A stretch of 54,024 nucleotides of DNA from an uncultured bacterium (GTDB lineage Bacteria; Fidelibacterota; Marinisomatia; SCGC-AAA003-L08; D37C17), in the NCBI GenBank assembly GCA_964524135.1, contig CAZGBZ010000001.1, positions 1 through 54,024 of the forward strand, given 5' to 3'. Shown here in pieces: positions 48,329-54,024 of the stretch. Made by a program: the position numbers and the translations under genes. Under the pieces are notes generated by a model, which worked only from the letters and a program-made list of their open reading frames with translations, searched no databases and was not told the DNA's origin. Within the stretch, counting starts at the first letter, position 1. Every line of letters begins with the position of its first letter.

Positions 48329-48922
48329 TTATACTTTAATAGCACCGTTTGATATTTCACGCAACTCTTCACTCAAATCTTTAGTTTTTTCAACCTCTAC
48401 TTCTAAATTTACTTGAATGGATTCACCAAAATCGGTATTGATAATTTTCACTTTAAATTTCTTCAGTACAAAATCCACTTTATTTTGCAGGTCATAACTA
48501 TAATTAAATGAAAAATAATCTAACATAACCCACTTTTTCATGGTTGCATTTTCGATTGCCTGTACTGCTGCAGATCCATAGGCATTAATGAGCCCGGGGA
48601 TACCCAGTTTACTGCCACCAAAATAACGTATGACAAATATGACCACATTCACTAATTGATATCGCTTCAAGACATTTAATATAGGAATTCCAGCACTACC
48701 TTTTGGCTCCCCAGAATCTGTAGCAAATTCCTCTAATTGATTATTTACCTTTATTCGGTATCCATAGCAGATATGGCTGGCATCGGGATATTGTTCTTTT
48801 AATTGGTGTAAATTTGTTTTTACTTCAGAAATGCCAAAAGATGGAATGGCTAATGCAGAAAATGTTGAACCCTTTTCACTGTATTTACCCTTAGATTCAG
48901 AAGTAAGAGTAAATTCCTCCAT
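48329..48922 (-). CDS. yigZ: YigZ/IMPACT-family protein
   Basis: EKGSTF, ASHICYGYR, DSGEPKGSAG, RYFGGSKLG. Confidence 0.9.
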   Translation of the reverse strand: MEEFTLTSESKGKYSEKGSTFSALAIPSFGISEVKTNLHQLKEQYPDASHICYGYRIKVNNQLEEFATDSGEPKGSAGIPILNVLKRYQLVNVVIFVIRYFGGSKLGIPGLINAYGSAAVQAIENATMKKWVMLDYFSFNYSYDLQNKVDFVLKKFKVKIINTDFGESIQVNLEVEVEKTKDLSEELREISNGAIKV

Positions 48923-50736
48923 TAATTCAATATCGTAATTTTTACTGCTTGTGCTGTACTCTTTTCAGGATTGAGACGGATAAAATAAATTCCAGATGAA
49001 GGATTATTACTGAGAATGTTTTGAATATTTTCCCTATGCCACCCCTGGGCAAACGAAGACAAATTAATGCTATTTACTAATTCTCCTCGTACATTGATGA
49101 GATCAACAATTGGATTTGAATAATCTGAATCAAGTGCATACAATATAATTAATTCTTGAGACTGTCTAATGGGATTGGGATATATATTCACAATTTTGGA
49201 GCTTAATACATTTTCTTCATCTGGCCAACTCGTCACATAAATTATATTACTGGCTGACGATTCCCCTACATCATTTCGACAGGTGATTTTATATACATAA
49301 GACTGACCTACCTCTATGTTTTGTTTATCTACAAAATTAGTATCAATTGATATACCAACCGAATCTCCTTCTCGATATATTACATAAGATAATTCTTCAC
49401 CCGGTCCGGGTGATGGATTCCAGGACAAAATGATGCTATCTTGAGCAGCTACCGCCATAAGGTTTGACGGAGGCAGGGGTACGGTATTAGCAGTAATTTC
49501 AATGGGAAGCGTTATTGATGGTCCATCTATACCATAAACTAAATGAACATTTGCATTATTAAAGGAGTCTTCAACAATGGTATCACCTCCCCAAAATAGA
49601 TTATTAAATTCAGGATTATTGGTTGAAACAATTGCCACTCTCCCTATAAAATCTTCTTCACCATGCTCAATGGTAATTAGAGATTCTAAACTATCAATAA
49701 GGAAAGATTCAATTGCTACTGATTTATTATCCAAATCCAATTCAATTAAAGCGCTGTCTGTTAACATAGTACTTGTTGTTTTAATCGGATCAATCAATGT
49801 CTGATCAATATAATAATAATGTGGATTATCCATATCATCATATATACCATTGTATAAATTACGACTGATAAAATCTACCCAGCATTCAATAAACAAGGGG
49901 TAATTTTCACCATTAAGTACATCTTTAATTGCAGACAATGCAGTTCCACTATTTGAGCCATATCTTGTCCATATTTCTCTCATTATGGTACTATTTAATA
50001 CATTTAATTTTCCATTTGGATCTAGATAACTACTTAGATAGTGTCCAAAAAGTGCAAGTTCATAACCGGGACCTAAAGTACCAAAATCTTTTTCAGGGTT
50101 ATTAATTAAATTCCAAATTGGCCAATCTAAATAATCGTCACCATCAGGTACTATTACATCCTCAATCCACATAGAGGTCATTTCATAAAAATAAGGATCA
50201 ATTCCTGATCCTCTATATCCATATTGTATAGCATGAAAATATTCATGTACTAGGGTTATTTGCATATATTCCAACCCGGTATTTACAAATTGGGAAGGTA
50301 AATTATTATTATAATCCGTATCAATTTGAAGGTATGAAGTTTGTTGTGAATTATGAAACGATGGATAATCCTTACAACAATGTCCAAAAATACCTTTTGA
50401 ATAGTCCTTTAAATAAATATCATAAATACCATCTTCGTCAGATGGCTCCTTATTAAATCCCATTATATTAACTAATACATGATAGGCCGAATCGGCAATT
50501 ATACCGACTTCTTCAATATAATCTGGAATATTGTTATTATTTAAATCGGTTAAATCTAAATCACCACCTAGTATATTAAAATGGATACAAAATAGACTAT
50601 CTGGTGAATAATGCTTAGAATCTTTATCAATTCTTCCTTCACAATACATTCCTCTATTGTTTTCTAATTCTAAGCAATCTCTACGCGCAAAAATAAAGGA
50701 TAAATTTACAATAGTAAGCAGGATTATATATTTCAT
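48922..50736 (-). CDS. Secreted HExxH metalloprotease + fibronectin type III domain + T9SS-like C-terminal sorting domain
   Basis: HEYFHAIQ, YEMTSMWIED; PPSNL...LSW...Y.YKI...ES; IYPNP...SSGIYFIRL...KITIL. Confidence 0.82.
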   Translation of the reverse strand: MKYIILLTIVNLSFIFARRDCLELENNRGMYCEGRIDKDSKHYSPDSLFCIHFNILGGDLDLTDLNNNNIPDYIEEVGIIADSAYHVLVNIMGFNKEPSDEDGIYDIYLKDYSKGIFGHCCKDYPSFHNSQQTSYLQIDTDYNNNLPSQFVNTGLEYMQITLVHEYFHAIQYGYRGSGIDPYFYEMTSMWIEDVIVPDGDDYLDWPIWNLINNPEKDFGTLGPGYELALFGHYLSSYLDPNGKLNVLNSTIMREIWTRYGSNSGTALSAIKDVLNGENYPLFIECWVDFISRNLYNGIYDDMDNPHYYYIDQTLIDPIKTTSTMLTDSALIELDLDNKSVAIESFLIDSLESLITIEHGEEDFIGRVAIVSTNNPEFNNLFWGGDTIVEDSFNNANVHLVYGIDGPSITLPIEITANTVPLPPSNLMAVAAQDSIILSWNPSPGPGEELSYVIYREGDSVGISIDTNFVDKQNIEVGQSYVYKITCRNDVGESSASNIIYVTSWPDEENVLSSKIVNIYPNPIRQSQELIILYALDSDYSNPIVDLINVRGELVNSINLSSFAQGWHRENIQNILSNNPSSGIYFIRLNPEKSTAQAVKITILN

Positions 50737-52049
50737 TTATTTTCTCGAAATGATATTTTTATTGGTACGCCATTAAAACCAAATTTATCACGAAGGCTAT
50801 TTTCTAAATAGCGTTTATATTGAACAGGGATATCATTAGGATGGTTAGAAAATAAAGCAAATATTGGTGGTGAATGGTGGACTTGGGCTCCATATTTTAT
50901 GGTAATATTTTTACCTTTAATAATTGGCGGGGAATGGTAAGCCATGGCTTTCTTGATAAAATCGTTTACATCGGAGGTTTTCAGTTTCCGTTGACGTTCT
51001 TTAAACACCTCCAATGAAGTTTTTAATACTTCCCGTGTACGCAAATTATGGGCAACTGAAATAAATAATATTGGGTAATACTCAAGCATAGGAAATTGGC
51101 CATAAATATCTTGGCAATACTCATTTTGGGTATGGGTATCTTTTTCGAGCAAATCCCATTTATTGATAACGATGATCAATCCTTTGCCCGAATCAATAAC
51201 ATGCCGGATGATATCCTTATCCTGATTATTAAAGCCCTTATCTGCATCAATGAGAACGGCTGCTAAATCGCATTCCTGTATGACCCTAAAGGTACGTACT
51301 GTGCTATAAAATTCAATATCACCGGTGATTTTTGACTTCTTTCTCAATCCGGCAGTATCAATTAGACGAAAGTCTTGTTTATTATAGCGGAGAAATGAAT
51401 CGATTGAATCCCGGGTTGTCCCGGCTATGGGTGTGACAATAGATTTCTCTTCTTGAAGTAGTCCATTCATGAGGGAACTTTTACCCACATTGGGCATCCC
51501 TACAATTGCCAGGTTCACACAATCCTTTACATGTTCATCCTTAAAGCTTTCTTCAGGAAGTTTATCAGCAACCGCATCTAACATATCTCCTACAGATCGG
51601 TTATTCTGGGCAGATAATGTATAATATTTACCCAATCCCAATTCATAAAAACTTAATGCAGAATCTTCCATTTTCAGCTCATCAATTTTATTTACTGCCA
51701 AAATATAGGGTTTTTCTGATTTTTGAATTTGATCTGCTAAATACTGATCAGATGTTGTAATAGGAGTGCGTCCATCAACTAATAAAATAATCATATCGGC
51801 TTCATTTGCTGCAATTTCAGCTTGAAGTCGAACATGATTTTCAATTAAATCTTGTGATGCAGGAATATACCCACCAGTATCAATGAGATTATAATCTCTT
51901 CCACACCAATCAAATCTACCATATATTCGATCTCTGGTTACGCCTTCCTCAGGGGATACAATGGAATGGCCCGCCCCTACAAGCCGGTTGAATAAAGTAG
52001 ATTTGCCAACATTGGGCTTACCCAAAATTGCAATTGTTGGATTAGGCAA
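50733..52049 (-). CDS. der: Ribosome biogenesis GTPase Der (EngA)
   Basis: Two G domains: GKPNVGKS/DTGG/NKID and GMPNVGKS/DTAG/NKWD. Confidence 0.97.
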   Translation of the reverse strand: MPNPTIAILGKPNVGKSTLFNRLVGAGHSIVSPEEGVTRDRIYGRFDWCGRDYNLIDTGGYIPASQDLIENHVRLQAEIAANEADMIILLVDGRTPITTSDQYLADQIQKSEKPYILAVNKIDELKMEDSALSFYELGLGKYYTLSAQNNRSVGDMLDAVADKLPEESFKDEHVKDCVNLAIVGMPNVGKSSLMNGLLQEEKSIVTPIAGTTRDSIDSFLRYNKQDFRLIDTAGLRKKSKITGDIEFYSTVRTFRVIQECDLAAVLIDADKGFNNQDKDIIRHVIDSGKGLIIVINKWDLLEKDTHTQNEYCQDIYGQFPMLEYYPILFISVAHNLRTREVLKTSLEVFKERQRKLKTSDVNDFIKKAMAYHSPPIIKGKNITIKYGAQVHHSPPIFALFSNHPNDIPVQYKRYLENSLRDKFGFNGVPIKISFRENK

Positions 52050-53328
52050 GGGTTAAATTATTTAAAAGAGTTAAGAAACTATCATTACTTAATTGCAAGG
52101 GGCAATCAATCGCATTAGAAATTTCGTCTAGGGTCAAATTATCCAAGGTTAATGTGCCTTCATCATTTAATATTCTATGGCTCATCCAAACAGCATCACC
52201 CAATTTTTCGGAAGATAATTGGGTAATTATATCTGTTCCAGTTAATAGGCCTGTTACAGTAACTGATTCACCATAAAAATTATTAACAATGGGTAAAAGA
52301 GTCACATTGAGATTATCAATCTGATTTAATATTGGTAGCACTTCTTTTTGCAGGGTTTCATAAACTAATGTCCCCGTTGCCAGAGTGATATTGGTTTCAA
52401 AAGCTAATGCACTGGGAAAATTAACAGATTCTTCTTCAAATAAGGTCAAGAACTCTCGAACCTGCCCCACCCCATTTTCAGCTAAATCTAAACCGCCATA
52501 ATCGGATAATTGGGGAAAAGGCTGCTCTGCCAAAATGAACCATTCATCGGAATAGAGAAGGAAAGGTGCTTTTTTACCTGGAAATTTTTTTCTCATTTTA
52601 TTAAGTTTATTTAACATATTTTGAGCATATTGTATATCAACAGATTTAATTTTAGTCAGTCCCTTTCTATGCCCTGTGAGCCCAACGGGTACAATGGTAC
52701 AGGATTTCAAAGTTGGGTAGAATTGATATAAATCTTCCAACGTTTTAATGAGGAATTCCCCATCATTTAAATCCGGCATTAAAACAATTTGAGTATGTAA
52801 TTCGATTCCATTTTTTGTAAGAAATTCCAATTTTTCAAGCAGCCCATCATCCTTTTTATAGAGAAAAAGTTTTTGTCTCAGCTGAATATCAGTCACATGT
52901 ACTGAAATATATAGAGGGGTTAATCGCTGCTCAACCACACGATTTAGTTCATTCTGCCCCATATTTGTCATAGTTATGTAATGACCGTGGAGATATGACA
53001 TTCGATAATCCCCATCCCGAAAATACATTCCCTTCCTCATTTCAGGTGGATTTTGATCTACAAAACAGAAAACACAATCATTTGCACAGCTGCGGATTTT
53101 CATTTCTTCAAACTTAACCCCTAAATCATCATCATACTCTTTTTCAATTTCTACTTTTTCCAAACGACCGGATATTTCGAAATCTAATGTGAGCAATTCT
53201 TCGGTCATGCGGAATTGATAATCAATTTCATCTTGTACGCGTTTACCATTGATTTTTAATAATCGGTCACCCGGTTGAATGCCAATGGTTTCACCCAAAC
53301 TATCTGGAAATACTTTTATAATTTTCAT
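52042..53328 (-). CDS. PDZ + radical-SAM-like DUF512 family FeS protein
   Basis: N-terminal PDZ-like GIQPGD, CANDCVFCF, DGDYRMS, VPVGLT, ENGVG, VTGLLTG. Confidence 0.88.
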   Translation of the reverse strand: MKIIKVFPDSLGETIGIQPGDRLLKINGKRVQDEIDYQFRMTEELLTLDFEISGRLEKVEIEKEYDDDLGVKFEEMKIRSCANDCVFCFVDQNPPEMRKGMYFRDGDYRMSYLHGHYITMTNMGQNELNRVVEQRLTPLYISVHVTDIQLRQKLFLYKKDDGLLEKLEFLTKNGIELHTQIVLMPDLNDGEFLIKTLEDLYQFYPTLKSCTIVPVGLTGHRKGLTKIKSVDIQYAQNMLNKLNKMRKKFPGKKAPFLLYSDEWFILAEQPFPQLSDYGGLDLAENGVGQVREFLTLFEEESVNFPSALAFETNITLATGTLVYETLQKEVLPILNQIDNLNVTLLPIVNNFYGESVTVTGLLTGTDIITQLSSEKLGDAVWMSHRILNDEGTLTLDNLTLDEISNAIDCPLQLSNDSFLTLLNNLTLA

Positions 53329-53568
53329 TTTGAAATTTTAATCTAAAACAGATGGGCAAATTTACGGATAGAGTAGAATTGAATAGAAAGTAAAACATAC
53401 TCGGTGAATTAAATGACGATATATAACAATTATTTAAAACGTAAATATTTATTAGAACACATTTTGGTATTCAATTAATTGCCTATTCTTCTGTTACGGC
53501 AGAAAGGGGCTTAAAATAATTACTTATTTTATCGTGAATACTATTTTAGACCTTATTTAAATTCACCT

Positions 53569-53976
53569 ATGAAAAATAAACCAGATTCTACTCAAACACG
53601 ATTAGCAGCCGCCTGTATTTTACTTTCAGTTGCAGACGCAGATGAAATTTTAGAAGACCAGGAATTAATAACTATTGGTGAAATTCTTCAAGAATTTTTC
53701 TCACTTGATGAGTCTTCTGTAAAATCATTAATGCAAAATGCTCAGGAAGAATGGAAAAATTCCACTGGCTTATTTCATTATGGTAATCAGCTAAATCAAA
53801 ATTTCTCCCAGGATGACAAACTTGATTTTATCTGCTGCGTATTTGAAGTTGCATATGCGGATGGTGAACTCCATTATTTAGAGCATCATACAGTGAAGAA
53901 AATTGCAAATATTTTACATCTGGAAAATGATGTCATTATTTCTGCCAAAGCCGAAATAAAAAGTTATTTGGATTAG
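53569..53976 (+). CDS. TerB-family (tellurite resistance-like) protein
   Basis: VADADE and VAYADGELHYLE duplicated acidic motifs. Confidence 0.85.
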   Translation: MKNKPDSTQTRLAAACILLSVADADEILEDQELITIGEILQEFFSLDESSVKSLMQNAQEEWKNSTGLFHYGNQLNQNFSQDDKLDFICCVFEVAYADGELHYLEHHTVKKIANILHLENDVIISAKAEIKSYLD

Positions 53977-53984
53977 CTCTAAAT

Positions 53985-54015
53985 AAAAAAGCCCCTCAAT
54001 AATTTGAGGGGCTTT
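53985..54015. terminator. Rho-independent terminator (longer U-tract on the minus strand)
   Basis: AAAAAAGCCCCTCAA-TAAT-TTGAGGGGCTTT. Confidence 0.85.
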
Positions 54016-54024
54016 GAATAAATA

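Overview
AT-rich bacterial chromosomal window. Dockerin-tailed secreted enzymes, a T9SS-like C-terminal domain and the general gene content suggest an FCB-group lineage such as Marinimicrobia; this is an inference. (1) 1-1.2 kb: a CMD/AhpD-family gene split by an in-frame TGA in a CxxU motif, with a SECIS-like hairpin, lying between integron-cassette-like inverted boundaries. (2) 1.2-19.2 kb: a secreted peptidase/esterase region with two protease-Omp85 fusions, ggt, four dockerin-tailed proteins and an M16 peptidase, with REP-like doublets at the junctions. (3) 19.3-34.6 kb: a 2-oxoacid dehydrogenase/lipoate operon, folE plus a PTPS-family gene, nth and housekeeping genes. (4) 34.7-48.1 kb: an unusual operon of CitD-CitE fusion, CitF, HD-like protein, fungal-type homoaconitase, IDH/IPMDH-family enzyme, PrpD, thrC, thrB, queE and queC. 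Its junctions carry paired 9-bp-periodic inverted-repeat arms that are either empty or enclose a cargo gene (SRA-HNH nuclease, GxxExxY). (5) 48.3-54 kb: yigZ, a secreted metalloprotease, der, DUF512 and a TerB-family gene. No rRNA, tRNA, CRISPR array, transposase or integrase was recognised. The best candidates for an undescribed system are the inverted-repeat cargo sites and the tricarboxylate operon that hosts them.
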